This document shows positions 38,054-51,692 of a stretch of DNA of 64,000 bases, piece by piece. The notes beneath the pieces are model-generated. The model was not told the DNA's origin. It saw nothing but the letters and a program-made list of their open reading frames with translations, and did not search any database. A program made the position numbers and the translations under genes. Position 1 is the first letter of the stretch. Each line of letters begins with the position of its first letter. Source of the DNA: Nageia nagi (taxonomy: Eukaryota; Plantae; Pinophyta); assembly GCA_050084985.1 (NCBI GenBank), contig JBITNC010000001.1, positions 40,238,001 to 40,302,000 of the forward strand, written 5' to 3'.

Positions 38054-39655
38054 CGTAACAACCCCATTATGTTTGTATTTTATGTGGTAGTATGTGTAGC
38101 CATATTTGTATTTTGTGTGATATTACATGGCATTGGATAATGGTGATATTGATATGAATTAATTTCATAGATGAATATGATATTTTGTTCTGAATGAATT
38201 GATGTTAGCTAGGAGTTGTTGTTTTTAGTAAGAGCAAGTGTACTAGAGTTTGATTAGCCATTAGAAGAGGAGGTATCACTAAGGAAATATTAGAGACATA
38301 TAAGAAAAGATGTTCAACTAATTAAAAAAGGTAAAGATGTGTTTGAAAATATTTAGACTACCATATTCTATATACATCTCTTTGTGTGTATGTATGTATT
38401 AAATATAAATATAATATGTTTATATATTAAAAATAATATTATATTGATAATACAATAACAAAATTGGTATACAATAGATAGATATTAGGCATTTAAAGTT
38501 ATATCAATTTTATCTTTAAATGTATCTAATACTTTCTAGGGATATAAAATATTACCCAATATAAAAATAAAAAGAGAATAAATATTTATTACCTAAGAGG
38601 TAGATCAATGGTATAAATAGTTATTACATTTACCCTTTTATCCTTAAATAATTTTAAAAGGATGGATAAATTTTGTCCCATGTGGAGTAATATTATTCCC
38701 AACTATAGAACCTTTTTCCCTATTCAATAATTTGCAAAAATTATTGAAGATCAAAGAATCCACTTGTTCAACTCCATATTTTTTTGAAAAGTCCATGGTG
38801 ATGCAAGGTAGAATAATGAATAGTATTTTAAATGGAGGTAATGTTCAAATTTATACTATTTATAGAGACTCTTAAATAGTACCTCATATTGGATTTATTG
38901 ACAATATATTTGGCTATAAATATGAGATCCCTTCATATAAAAACAATCATATTCATGAAAGAAGAGACAAAGGAGAAAGCTTGAAGAAATTTTACTCTAT
39001 TAATATTTTGTCCAAGTTGGATTCCTTTAATTATTGGTTTTCTCATGTCTTGATAATTATGACAAGGAATTCAAAAACACACAAGTGTTTTATTTATTTT
39101 TCTAGAGTTGTGAGAATTGTTTGTGTTGAAATTTATTGTGGTTTAACTAGAAGATGTGAATACTATTAGAATTCAAATTATATAAACTTTTCCAAATGAG
39201 CTAGTATTTTAACATAGGTTTTATACATATATTTCAAATTAGTGTCCAAAATCATGAAAACATAACTTGAAATGTGGAAGTTATAGCTTCTAAAATATGA
39301 CTATTCTACTTGAGACAATTTAAATGTAGACATAATTTATGGTTATTTATACATACATTAAATGGAGTAGTTATAAAAATATAAATCAGTTTAAATTTGA
39401 TTATAACATTTTATATATAATTATTTTTCTACAAACTAAAATGATTATTAAATAGAGTAGTAGAAATAAAGTTATAAACTTTATATTTAGAAAAACCACT
39501 TAATGAATAATGTAACAAAATTAAGTCATAATTAATAGTTGTTGGTAAAGAGATCTAAATTAAGGTTTATTTTTATCCAAATGAACTAAAATTTTGAGAG
39601 GACATTATATGCATCAATATTATTCTACATTTCAAAAATATTGTAAAAATAAGTA
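38054..39655 (+). repeat. 3' LTR of the Tekay-like element, interrupted at ~39655
   Basis: Similarity to 16149-17785 stops abruptly at ...aaaaataag(ta). Confidence 0.8.
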
Positions 39656-40787
39656 TGCACCAAAATTCATGCTTGAAATGCATTAATATACATAAATGAG
39701 TTAGTAACACACATAAACCTCAATTCTACATAACATATATTTTTCTTAATTTTGATGATACAAGATTATAGTAAAGGTATGCTTCAAACCTTGAATTATG
39801 GTTCAAGAATTGAGTATAATGCTAATGAAACCTAAATGCATCTAAACAAGGTAGGGATACATCTAATTTAGGCCCCTTAAGGCACCTAAATGAGTTTAGA
39901 GTGAGTTTCCTAGCTCCAAATTGCAATGTGAGCCCTCCAATGTCCAATAAATGTAGATAACAAAATTAGGAATGCCTATTGTACAAAGTGTGTATGCCTA
40001 TATGTTCTTTTGAAAATTTAAATGGTGCAATGAAATAATCTAAGTTGATATTTACAAGTATTTAAGAAGTTTAATAATAATTATGTTTCAAATGCTAATA
40101 AGGTTAAAGATCCTTAGATCTCTAAGATACAAAGATACCCACAAGGCTAATAATGTGCTTAAACCATCAATCAATGTATGTATGGATAAATACTTGAAAT
40201 TCAATGGATGGAATGAAATTTATAATGGATTTAGCCTAAAAATATGCTAAATTCAAACTTGCAAAGACCTTAAAACATACACCAATATTTACAATATAAC
40301 ATGAAATTCACCACAAGAATGTTGCTACAATATATGTAGCATGAGGATCATGAGCTTGGGATTGTAAGAAATCCTTCAAAAGCTTCAAAACCTTGAATTA
40401 TCCTTCAAACCCTTGAGTAATATTGGAGAAAATGTGAGCATAAAATCATAAGTGTGTAATTGAATAATGAGTTAGAGAGAAAATTCTAATTTTGCATTGT
40501 GTTATATACCTCTTTTACAATTTATGTTCAATATGTCTAGATATCCTCTTTTGCACTTTATTTAACTTTTAAGTTATTTTAGCTCCTTTTGATGTACTTT
40601 AGCTTTTTAGGAAATATTTAGCTCTTTAGAATATTTGTTTTTTAATCATTAATACTTTATAAATTAGGCAACATTATGAATTAAGAATATCAATGCAATT
40701 AATCCATTTTATTCAAAATGTTTGTTTTCTTTTGGTATCTAAATTTTACCCTTGTTGGAAAAAGTCTTAAAAAAAAGACTTGGTTCA

Positions 40788-40834
40788 ACACACACACACA
40801 CATTTGTGTGTGTGTATGTGAATGTGTGTGTGTG
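40788..40834. repeat. (CA)n...(TG)n inverted microsatellite
   Basis: acacacacacacaca-ttt-gtgtgtgtgt, directly visible. Confidence 0.9.
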
Positions 40835-40954
40835 TTATGTAATTATTTAGAATATTATAAAAATTTGAACAAATATGCATAGAAGTTCGAATGTACTTTT
40901 TGACAATTTGATCCCTAAACAATGTATTTGTTGAGTAAAAAAGAGTAAAATTTG

Positions 40955-41310
40955 AACCAAATTATATAATATTTGATGCTTACCAAACCTATGCAAAGTT
41001 GTTCATGACATGTTTCAAAGAATTGTAAAGTTTAAACCAAGTAATATAGTATTTGAAACCTACCAAACCTTTGCAAAGTTATTCATGAAGTGTTTAAAAA
41101 AAGAAAAATTTGTACCAATTTATATAGTATTTTACACCAACCAAACCTATGCAAAGTTGTTCATGAAGTAGAACTTTGAATCACTTATATAGTATTTGAT
41201 GCCCACCAAACTTATGGAAAGTTGTTCATGAAGTCAAACTTTAAACCACTTATATAGTATTTGATGATTATTTATGCCAAACCTACACAAAGTGTTTTGT
41301 GAAGTAGTAA
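40955..41310. repeat. ~65-80-bp tandem repeat (5 copies) in the Ogre 3' region
   Basis: Core tatagtatttga..ccaaacctatgcaaagttgttcatgaagt at ~40965, 41045, 41122, 41187 and 41252. Confidence 0.88.
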
Positions 41311-43329
41311 GGACATAGATTTACTAGTAAGCATGTAGTATTGCTAAAAAAATTTAAATTTGAACTTTTGCATTTGAAAAAATTGAAATATTGCATTTTG
41401 AACTTTGGAATAATTTGAAACTTTTTATCTTAAAAAAAATTAGAATTTTTAAATAGAAAAACTTTGGAATTTTGAAGGTGTTACCCTCCTCAAACAATAT
41501 TATGTTGATCAATGCAGACAATACAAGATTGTTCAAAAAAGGTAAGGTTGTTTGTGTATTGTGAAGATTTTGCACATACCCCAATTTAATATTTTGAATA
41601 ATATAATAGGATTTTTTAGTAAACAAATAGCAATTTTGGGAAAAATTGGACCATAAATGTAAGTTGATATAGCAATTTTAGCATAAAATAGTCGAAATAA
41701 ATTAAATAATAGTCAAAATTTACCATTTCTTAACTCATTTTAACCATTTGGCAAGTGTGAATTTTAAGAAGACATATCAATTGACCATGATGGAAAACGA
41801 GGCACCTTGAGATATCACTAGCATTGGACAAACATGCCCTGGACTTTAGGTAGGCATTCCAACTCTTAGTTATGAATTTTTTATAATTTTGAAGGGTTTT
41901 ATGCATTTTTTGACCAAAGTTAGTGCAAATTTTAAAATTTATTCATTTTGGTTGAAATGCTCTGATATGGTAGTATAAATTTATGTATTTCATGCCTAGA
42001 ACACAAGCAAAACAATCCCATATCTAAATTTATCATAGTTTGTAAGAATTAAGAAAACTAAGTTTCCAAAAAAAAAAAGGGGTTTTTAATTTCAATTTTT
42101 GCTTATTTTGTTCAAATAGGGTGCTAGATCTGAAAATGGATCGATACCCACCAAGTGTTTTTACCCCCACTTAGGCTCCCATGGCTTTTGAATCATTAAA
42201 AATGGGAAAAAATAAAGATTTTATTCATTTTTGAGCTTTTAGGGCTAAGGTGTAGTGCCATTGCACCTAGTAGCTAGGTGCACTGCATCCCATGCTAGGT
42301 GCATTATGCCTAGGCCATAAGCACCCACACACACTTTGCTACACCTACAACTTAGATTTTTATTCTAATTTGCTTATTTTTCATGTTTTTGGCCTACAAC
42401 TTACCTCTAAAATGGGATTTATCACTTTTTAACCAAATTTAACCCTATGTAAACAAGATTTGATCCTTTTTTTTTTTCTAAATTCATCTAATTTTGCAAG
42501 AATTTGCTCAAACTTGTCCAAAAATATGATTTTAACAATTACACTTAAAAAAATATTACAATTTTATTATGAATGCTCCATAAATATTGTTATACTATCA
42601 CTTAAGACTTTGAATGTTGGAATTGTACTCATAATGTCGGATTTTATTTAAGCTTGTGAGTTAGTAATTGTAAAATTGTAATTTCTTGCATTTCTCTTAC
42701 AATACTATCATGTTTTTGCAAAAGGTAACATTTATAAATATATGAAATGATAGTTGTATGCTTTTTTAATCATTTAAATAGTTGGATAACTATGTATAAG
42801 TGTGTTCACTAAGCATGAAAATACAATTTTTGCAATGAAACAAATAGTAAGCATGTTAGATAAAAATGCATTATAGCCAAATTATGAAATTGTTAAGCTT
42901 GTAATTTTGCCTAAACATGCAATGTAGTTTTTTAAAATATTTAGGAACATGATTGACTTGTTTAATGCATTGAAATTAACATGTTTCTAGTATCATGATG
43001 TTGGATTCATGTTGCCCTAGTATACACTGTGATGTATTATGTGATAATAAAATCATGAACTATTTTATAAGTTAGGTTGCTTAGTTTAGACAAAGTGAAT
43101 GCAGCTATAAGAAACAAATTGATTAGTAAGAACATAATGGGTGACTCACATCACAACATCACACACAAGGTGAACACAATGATACAATGAAGGCACAATA
43201 AAGAGCACATCATAACTTTTGCAAGTTTGAATAAAATTTTATATATTCTTATAAAATGTTTTGAATATCATAACACATGACTAACACTTTTTTTTTTTTT
43301 TTTTAAACAACCTAATGAGATGTTATTCA

Positions 43330-45250
43330 TGTGACACCACTTTAACAATTTATGGGTTGAGCTCCAATGAGATATTTTAAAGATAGGGTGGATGTGGCTT
43401 CATAGTATGGCTTGGCCTATACTAGTATGATACATAAGATGGTGGAAAGTTTGGGTTATGTGATAGCTTTATGCGAGAGTTGGATCATACCACCAACACT
43501 TTTCACTTACCAATTGGTGAATGCATGATGAATCTTGAGGATGTATGAAGGATCATATGGATATTGATTAAAGGTTCCCTAGTGATCAAACTAGTGGATG
43601 AGGATGGAAGAGAGGTGGAAGCTATTCAAATAGTGGGTTGACACTGTCACTAGCTGAGATGGGTTTAGGTGGCTTTAGCTATGAGTATGCATATAGATAC
43701 AATCTCATTAACATTGTGACCTAATTCATGATGATTTTAACATCAAGATTCATTTTACCAAATTATTTTACATATTGATTTCCCTAGAAGTTATGGTATG
43801 TTCTTTGAGATATGTGGGAGGATACAATATTAATTTACTTAGATCCAACATTTCTATCTTAGTTATACCATGAGCTATGGGAGGTGGTAGAGAGTATCCA
43901 TACATGGGCATGTTATTATCTATTCCTATAGATCTAGGGATAGGAACATATTATAGTGGTAAGATCCATATGCCTACCTTTTAATATTCATCATAAGGAT
44001 GCATTGGTATTTTAGGACTTAAGAATGACATATCATATATGATGAGTTGGGGATAACACCATGATTAAAGGGGAGGTAAAATTGGTGGATGGTAGGTAGA
44101 ACACTACAAAAAGATATTCAAATAGTTATGACTTGTAAATATGATTTGGAGACCCTACAAGGGTGGTCCATGATGGGTTGATGATAGATTACACATTACA
44201 TGTGTCAAGTGATAAAGATGGATGAGGAATTGCTAAGGTGAGTTTGAGTACTTTGAGTTTAATAGGATGACTCAATAGTTTGGATAGGTTCAAGATGCAC
44301 CTCTTAATCCATAGGTATACAACAAGGTCAATGGTAGAAATGGAATACTTTGACCTCAATACCATGAGCTATATTGTGAACTCAATAGTAATGACAAGGT
44401 TGAGCTTATAGCTATGTAGGATGATGTAGGTGTGATAACAACTTAGAACACATTGTGGAGAACTTAGCACTTGGAGGAGGTTGAGGAAGAGGTGGAAAAG
44501 GAAAAGCCCCTTCATAGGTGGGTGATATAGATACATAGGTCCCCTCAATGAGATGATAGATACCCATAGCATACTTTCTATTTCCAATGGGTGGAGCAAA
44601 TGCATGGAGGATTGTAGAGTTAGAGTGAGAATTAGCTAAGAGCCAACATTAACAAAAGTAGAGTCCTATTTCCAATGGGTGGAGCAAATGCATGGAGGAT
44701 TGTAGAGTTAGAGTGAGAATTAGCTAAGAGCCAACATTAACAAAAGTAGAGTCACCAATGTGAGTAGGAGAGTCAACAATGGGAGGCTAAGATCCATTAA
44801 AGAGAGTAGGAAAGCCAATAATGAGAGCAAGAGCTTTATCAAAGAGAGTAGGAAAGCCAACAATAAGATCATGAACTTTGCCAAAGGGTGAAAGAGTTGA
44901 CTCATATAATTAATAGCATGAGCTAATGAGTAGAGGACCTACATAGATGATTAGAGCATTTGGATAGGTGGGTGAGGATATATGAGGTTGAGTTTATAAG
45001 GAAAATTATTTCCCTCCAGACATCCTAGTGATCTCGTGCACATAGAGTGAATCATATAGGTCATATAATGTGTCCAATAGTTTGCATTTAGTGACTTGTT
45101 TGCATGCCATATCCTATCCATAGGATAGGGATACACATACAATAGTGAGGAATTAGGGTACCTCCCATTTTTTATCTAGGTATCATGATAGATCTACTTC
45201 ATCCTCTAGAGAAAATTGCTACAAGATTCATAATTTTGAGATGGTATGAT
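43330..45250 (+). pseudogene. Plant mobile domain (PMD, aminotransferase-like; MAIN/MAIL1-related) ORF, antisense to Ogre gag-pol, with a coiled-coil tail
   Basis: ~43450-43585 LGYVIALCESW/DHTTNTFHLPIGECMMNLEDV*RIIWILIKGSLV matches ALVERW...T.TFHLP.GE.T.TLEDV..I..LPI.G..V. 21-bp heptad repeats at 44750-44940. Ends approximate. Confidence 0.8.
44578..44753 (+). repeat. Perfect 88-bp tandem duplication
   Basis: 44578-44665 is identical to 44666-44753. Confidence 0.95.
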
Positions 45251-46349
45251 ATTAGTTGTTTAGATGACCTAGGCATATTATAATACATAGGACACATATA
45301 TGATGCATATCATAAGGTAAATTTTTGTAATATTCTCTTAGATTTTTATATATGATATTGTGATGGATTAGGCCACATTATATATGTACATGCAACATAT
45401 TTTTTACATGATGTGTTTATGAATGCTCTTGTATACTTATAGTCTATATATTTTGAGATGTTTATGGAAAGTGATGGTTGTAATTTGATGCATGCATATA
45501 TTATTATGATGTATTTTTTGAGATTATTATGTATTATGTACTTTAAATTTTGTTTTGAAATGTATTATTTTTATGTTTTAAAAGGAATCAAAACATGATG
45601 GGTATTATGTAGGATTTTTGGGACTGCTTCCATTTTCATATGTTGAATGGGCCCTTGATCTTCACATTTTATGAAATAATATGAAGAAATACCATTCAAT
45701 AGTCCTAAACAATGATGAGATACAATGACATAATAAATAATTTGTAATAATTAAATATAATGGATGGATATGATAATCAAAACAAATAGGTTTAGAACCA
45801 ACTTCCATGTGAATGTGTAATACGTGCTCTAGCTCCAACTAGACTAGGTAGGGTATGTTATCTAACATTTCTATGACCTTTATGAATGTGTTAAGAGAAT
45901 AAAACAAAAGTTGAACCAATCAAAATGAGTGATGATAAACATGCCAAGTGATATTAGGAGATGAGTGACTATTGATTCTCATATCCCCAAAAAATGTAGG
46001 AAATACTAAAAGTGAGATACCATTTGAGTATCAAATATTTAATATCAAGATCAAGCTTGATAAAATAAAATAAATAATGTTTAAAAATAGATCCGCAAAG
46101 CTACTTAATATATCCTAGAGAGGGATCATTTATATATGTGCATATAAAATGAAAAGTGAAAGCAAAAAAGACTTACACTTTATGATGAAATGATGACAAA
46201 TTAGAAAGATGAAAAAGGGACAATGATAGAATTACATGGTAATTAAGAGCATTATTTTTTAACATTTTTTATCTATTTAAGAATCAAATATATGGAAAGA
46301 AATAAAATCAAGCCCAAAAAAAAGAGAAGAAATAACCTTGCCTTCCTCT

Positions 46350-47450
46350 ATACATGAAATGATCAAAGATGTATGATGTTGATCAATTCAGCTTCCTCAA
46401 CCCCTTCCAATGTAGCTAAATGATATGCCCTTGAGCTAAATTATTTATTGATCGCATAAGGGCCTTACTAGTTAGGAGCAAACTTATTTGATAGAACCCA
46501 CCCTTAGTGATAATTTTATTGATTCTCCTTGATAAATATGTTACTAATTTGAAATTGTCATGGTTTTAATATATTGCTATATATATTTTAAAATAATTTT
46601 GATATACTTTAAAATGCTCCAAAATATTAACACAACTCTCATCTAGTAAAACCAATTGATCTAAGATTACTATCTTATCCTTAGGTTCTAGTAATAGATC
46701 TTATAAGTGAATCTGTAAACATGGGATCTCAAGTTCTAAAGGCATGACTACTTTGACCCCATAAACATGTGAAAACAATGTTGCACTTGTAGGAGTTTTA
46801 ATGCTAATTCTATATGCCCATAGTGTAAGAGGTATCTAACTATACCAATCCTTATGAGATATGCTAACTATTTTCTTGAAGGATACAAATTATTATTTTA
46901 TTTGTTTCTTCCACTTTCCTATTACCCTAAGGATAGTAAGGCATATAAAACATGTGTTTCATTTTATATCTATAAAAAAAGATTTGCATGTCTTTATTTT
47001 TGAAATTAAAACTATTATCTAAAACATTTCTTATAGTTATGCCAAATCTACTAATGATGTTATGCTCTATGAATTCAACAATTTTAGGACCTTTAGTAGA
47101 TGTCATGGATGCTACCTTTATCCATTTTATGAAATATTCAATGGTTGTAATTATGAAATTATGTCCTCCTGATGAGGGTAGATTGAATTGACCAATTAAG
47201 TCAAAGCACCATCTTGAGAATGAACACATGTCTTGAATGGGTTGTAATGATTGAGAGGGTGTATGCATAAAATTTGCATGTTGTTGATATTTTACACACT
47301 TTTTGATATATTCATAAAAATTTCTCTCCATAGTAGGCCAATAGTAACCCATCCTAATCAAGTATTTTGCAATGGAAGAACCACTACAATGTCCTCCATA
47401 GGTGCCATCATGAAAATTATACATTGCAATTTGTTGATCCAACCATTCTA
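46350..47450 (-). pseudogene. Integrase of the Ogre-like element
   Basis: ORF 46927-47442 FHDGTYGGHCSG..GYYWPTM..KKCVKYQQH..FSRWCFDLIG..IISRFGI..PYYP; KFAPN**GPYAI near 46460. Confidence 0.93.
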
Positions 47451-47739
47451 AGACTATAATGAGAAAACCATTTTATCCCCTCCTATACATGATATCCCCT
47501 AGGATTTTGTATTTTATGGATTTCTTATTAAACTATCATTTTTGTCCTACAGACATGGTGAATGATAAGTTCTTCCATTTAAGAGTCTTTGTATTAATAG
47601 TAACAAAAATTCTTGGATGCTACATTCAATTCATTGACATGCATTTATGGTTGGGACTCATCCTAAAACATGGGCAAGTCTAAAGAAGACTTGTATAAGG
47701 TGATCATCTCCACATTTGTGACTTTCCAAAATGGGTGTT

Positions 47740-48130
47740 GTGGGATTAGAGACCCCAAGGAAGCCATTGTATTCATAAATTAGTTAGAGGATCTAGGAGT
47801 AACATCAATATCATATGCCTTGAAGTATTATAATAATTTTTCCACCATGGCTTTATATTGCTTAAGGTGAGGTTGATTACATACATAGATTCCTTTGATG
47901 TAACTGATAATTAATAAAAAAATCATGATAAATATTTAATCACTCATACTTCATTTCAATTTCTAACTTCAAATCAAGGATAAGTGCCCCATATTTTGCA
48001 ATGTTATTTGTGCACTCAAAGGATAGATTGAATGAGATAGGCATAGGGAAACCCTAAGGGGTTATGAAAACTATCCTAGATCCACCCCCTTGTTCACAAC
48101 ATAAAATATCAAAGTATAAGGTCATGTCAT
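47740..48130 (-). pseudogene. aRH domain between RH and INT
   Basis: TLYFDILCCEQGGGSRIVFITP*GFPMPISFNLSFECTNNIAKYGALIL. Confidence 0.85.
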
Positions 48131-48229
48131 AATATTCTTGGTCAACCTCCTCTTTAATGTTAAAAATACCAAACAAATTACTATCTAGAAACTATATATT
48201 CAAGGGGATGTCATTTTTCTAAGGAGCTT

Positions 48230-49366
48230 CCACCAAATTATCTACAATAACTTGACCTTTAATAGATTTTTGATTTATGAATTCTAGGTCAAAATCAGTG
48301 AGAAATATGATCCATTTAGCAACTCTAGCATTGAGGACTATCTTATTCATCATGTACTTTAGAGGATCCATCCAAGATATTATATAAGTTTTTTTGGTTA
48401 AGCATATAATTCCAAAGCTTTTGTATTGTAAATAAAATTGCTAGACATAATTTCTCAATATGAGCATACTTGGTCTCATAAATTGTTAGAGTATGACTCA
48501 AGTATTATATGGATTGCTCTTTCTTCACTTCATTTTGTTGAGCTAGCATCAAGCCCAAAGAAAAATTAGTAGCCAAAATATAGAGGTGGAATGGAACTCC
48601 TACCCTAGGTGGAATTAATATGGGAGGATGTGTAAGATACTTATTAATAAAGAAGGAAGCCTCCTTAAACTCTATATCCCACATGAATTCAACATTCATT
48701 TTTAGCATTTTATTGAATGGAAAACATTTTTTGAATAGCTACACTATGATATTTGGATGGCCTAAGGTTTTCCTTGTAAGATCTGTAACTATTTAGATTC
48801 TAAGGATGAAGCATTTCATTTATGGTTCAAAATTTATTGGAATCAACTTTTATGCCTTGCTTTGATACAATAAATCCTAATAGTTTCTTTGGTATAACTC
48901 TCAAGATACACTTTTGGATACAATTTGATATTATACTCTAGTAGGTCATCTAATATTTTGAACAATGCCTCTAGTTGAGACTCATGTGCTCTCGATTGAA
49001 TAATGAGGTCATTCACATAGTCTTTGATTATATCATGCATATAGTAATGTAGGATGTATATCATAGCCCTTTGATATGTAATTCCTACATTCTTACTTCC
49101 AAATGGTATAACCCTATAGTAATAAATCCCACATGGTGTTGTAAATATTATTTTATGCTTATCCTCTTCCATGATCATGATTTTATTATAACCAAAAAAC
49201 CATACATCAATAAAAACATTTCATTAATAGCACTATTATCGACTAAGATATCTATATTTGAAAGTGGAAATTAATCCTTAAGTTATGCTTTATTGACATC
49301 CCTAAAATATGTTCAAATTTTGATTCTCCCATATAATTTTGGCACTACGATAGGATTAGAAACCCA
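48230..49366 (-). pseudogene. RT (3' part) and RNase H of the Ogre-like element
   Basis: ORF 48843-49178 (EEDKHK..FTTP.G.YYYRVIPFG.KN.G.TYQRAM, YVND) and ORF 48505-48708 (YL..PPIL.PP..G.P..LY); RVAKWIIFLTDFDL. Confidence 0.92.
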
Positions 49367-51692
49367 CATTAAGGTCCTAATGGATTGTAAATGGATTATG
49401 TATTTTTCCTAAAAAATTACACTAATTCTACACTAATGAATCACTTGCATTGCTTCAAATGGGGCACCTCCTTGAGAATCATTTATCACATAAAACTCAA
49501 CTCATTCTTTTTCCCTTTTTTTTTTTTTTAATAATAGGGAATCCTCCTATAAATAGCTTATACAAGATAACTAACCCCATGAATTGTGCATGTGGTACTA
49601 ACACCATTACTATTTCTAATACATGTTATGGGGTCATAACATTGCCAACCCCTTAAAGAAGATTTGTCCTCAAAGCTTCTACACACTACACACTAACAAA
49701 ATTTAATACACATCACACACCTAATCTAGTAAGGGGAGTTATAACATTCACACCCCCTTAGACAAGCTTTGTCCTCAAAGCTTGCCAAAAAAATAAACTA
49801 CATATACAATATTTCCATGAATAACAAAGATAAGATGGAACCAAGGAGTCCAACTTGGCCATAGTAACCAAAAATTCCCCAAAGTTGAACATGAGCCCAT
49901 CCATGTATCAAAAGTACACTCCAATAAGGATGATGCTGATGTCATAGAGGGAACAAAAAGAAGGATCTAGAAGAATCCATAAAGAATCCACAATTTTGTT
50001 ACTACTATGCTAAATAGTCCTATGTTGGGTTCTCAAAACAAACACATGGCTTGAGATCATCCATAGTAATGGAAGTGAGAGGAAGATACTCACACTCTAC
50101 AACCTTCTCAAATAGACTCAAACTCTTGGAATCCACATCATTAATATGGATACAAGGTGGAGGAAGGGCCTCATACTCCTCAATGGGGTCCACTAGCTCC
50201 ACACCACCTATACTGAGATAAGTAAGAGGAATTTCCTTAAACCCTACAATAGATTCCATTGGAACCACACTACTATCATCATGAACCATAATAGGCTATG
50301 GATATATAGGTATATCCTTTGCTAACTTGGCCAGTGAATATGCATCTCTTAGAGTTGGTGGATTAAACATGACTACATTCTTTTTTATGCCCTTAAGCCA
50401 TTAGTGAATAATTGAAGGGCTAATTTCTCATTCATCACATAGTCATAACAAATATCCTAAAAATAATCAATATAATGATGCATAGAATTAGTATGAAAAT
50501 GGTAGAGAAAAAGTATCTATCATATTTTTTTTTCACCTGCTCTATATTTTAAGCTATTTTAAAGACAAATTCACTATTTTTAACATAAAATGGTCAATAT
50601 GGATTCAAAAATTTTGAAATATTTTTTTAGTACTCCTGATATATATATCTTAAAACCCCTTCAATATTTTGAGCTAACCCACCAAGATGAAAAATATATG
50701 ACTATTTATGTTTCCCTTTTTTCATAATTCCTAATCTAGGTGTTTTAGTAATTTCCACACAAATCAATCAATACTACTCAAAAAGATCTAAATTTTGTAC
50801 TTAATGATTCTCATATGTATATAAAGCTTACCTAAAAAAAAGTAGAATCCAATTATGCTTATTTCACCCTAAAATACAAATTAAGAGAAAAATCTAAAAT
50901 GCCAATAACTCCTAAAATATATGTCCAATGGACCTAAAAATTGAATTACATGTGAATGATGATTTTTTATAAAAACTCCACAAAGAGGTTTTGAAAAATT
51001 ATTATAGATATGTAAATTGTGGGATTTTTACTTTTATGGCTCTTTAAATTCTTCAAAAATCCTTCAATTTCTTCAAATCCTCCACCCATAACAACCCTTG
51101 CAAATTGGAACCAACTTCCCTTGTCACTTTCTTTATGGGATTTGTCTCTAAATACCTACACACATCCTCAAATCCTCTTGGGATGTCTTTTGCTAATGAA
51201 ACTACAACACATGCATTATCTAGTCAGATCTATTTTCACTTACGCGCTTCTACTCCGTATCTCCCATAAATCTACCAAAAAAGATAACATGGGCCTACAT
51301 TGCATAAATCTATCCATGCAATCAAACTTCCAAAACCACTCAACACATAAAGTTGCTCATAGATAATAAAAACCACTCACACTAACAAAAAAACTATCAA
51401 CCAATGCTAAAATTGAAGCTTTGATACTATATGTTAAGGTCCTAATGGATTGTAAATGGATTATGTCTTATCCCTACAAAATTAAACTAATGAATCACTT
51501 GCACTACTTTGAAGGGGGCACCTCCTTGAGAATCAATTTTCACATAAAACTCAACTCATTCTTTTTCCTTTTTTTTTTTTAATAATAAGGAAGCTCCCTA
51601 TAAATAGCTTATACAAAATAACTAACCCCATGCATAGTTCATGTGGGACTAACAACATTACTATTCCTAATATATGTTATGGGTTCATAGAA
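49367..51692 (-). mobile_element. Small non-autonomous LTR element (2326 bp) with a gag remnant, TR-GAG/TRIM-like
   Basis: LTRs 49367-49641 and 51432-51692. Perfect TSD ACCCA (49362-49366 and 51693-51697). Met-type PBS TAGTATCAAAGC (51429-51418). PPT GAGGACAAATCTTCTTTAAGGGGTTGGCAA. Removing the element restores host RT AYPKWV|SNPIVVPK. Confidence 0.92.
50320..50490 (-). pseudogene. gag C-terminal remnant in the small element
   Basis: FTNGLR/KKNVVMFNPPTLRDAYSLAKLA (F..GL...V....P.TL..A..LA), similar to the gag at 62630-62725. Confidence 0.7.

Larger units (their letters stand above)
16149..39655 (+). mobile_element. Old, heavily degenerate Ty3/gypsy element, Tekay/Del-like, containing nested insertions; 3' LTR interrupted
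   Basis: Long diverged direct repeats start TGTAACAACCCC (16149) and CGTAACAACCCC (38054). PPT CTAAGGGGGAGTA precedes the second copy. RT, RH and INT remnants lie between, e.g. LYGKWCRKPL at ~36658. Confidence 0.75.

Noticed and set aside
39656-40743. Exact 3' LTR limits of the Ogre-like element
   Set aside because: There is no partner LTR in the window; two possible starts (~39656 and TGTAGA at 39952) cannot be distinguished.
40955-41310. Repeat-spacer-like pattern (conserved core with variable linkers)
   Set aside because: Linkers are related to each other and the cores are degenerate; this is an ordinary tandem repeat in a retrotransposon 3' region.
43330-45250. Host MAIN/MAIL1-like gene
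   Set aside because: It has many stops and frameshifts and lies between INT and the 3' repeats of a retroelement, so it is better explained as element cargo.
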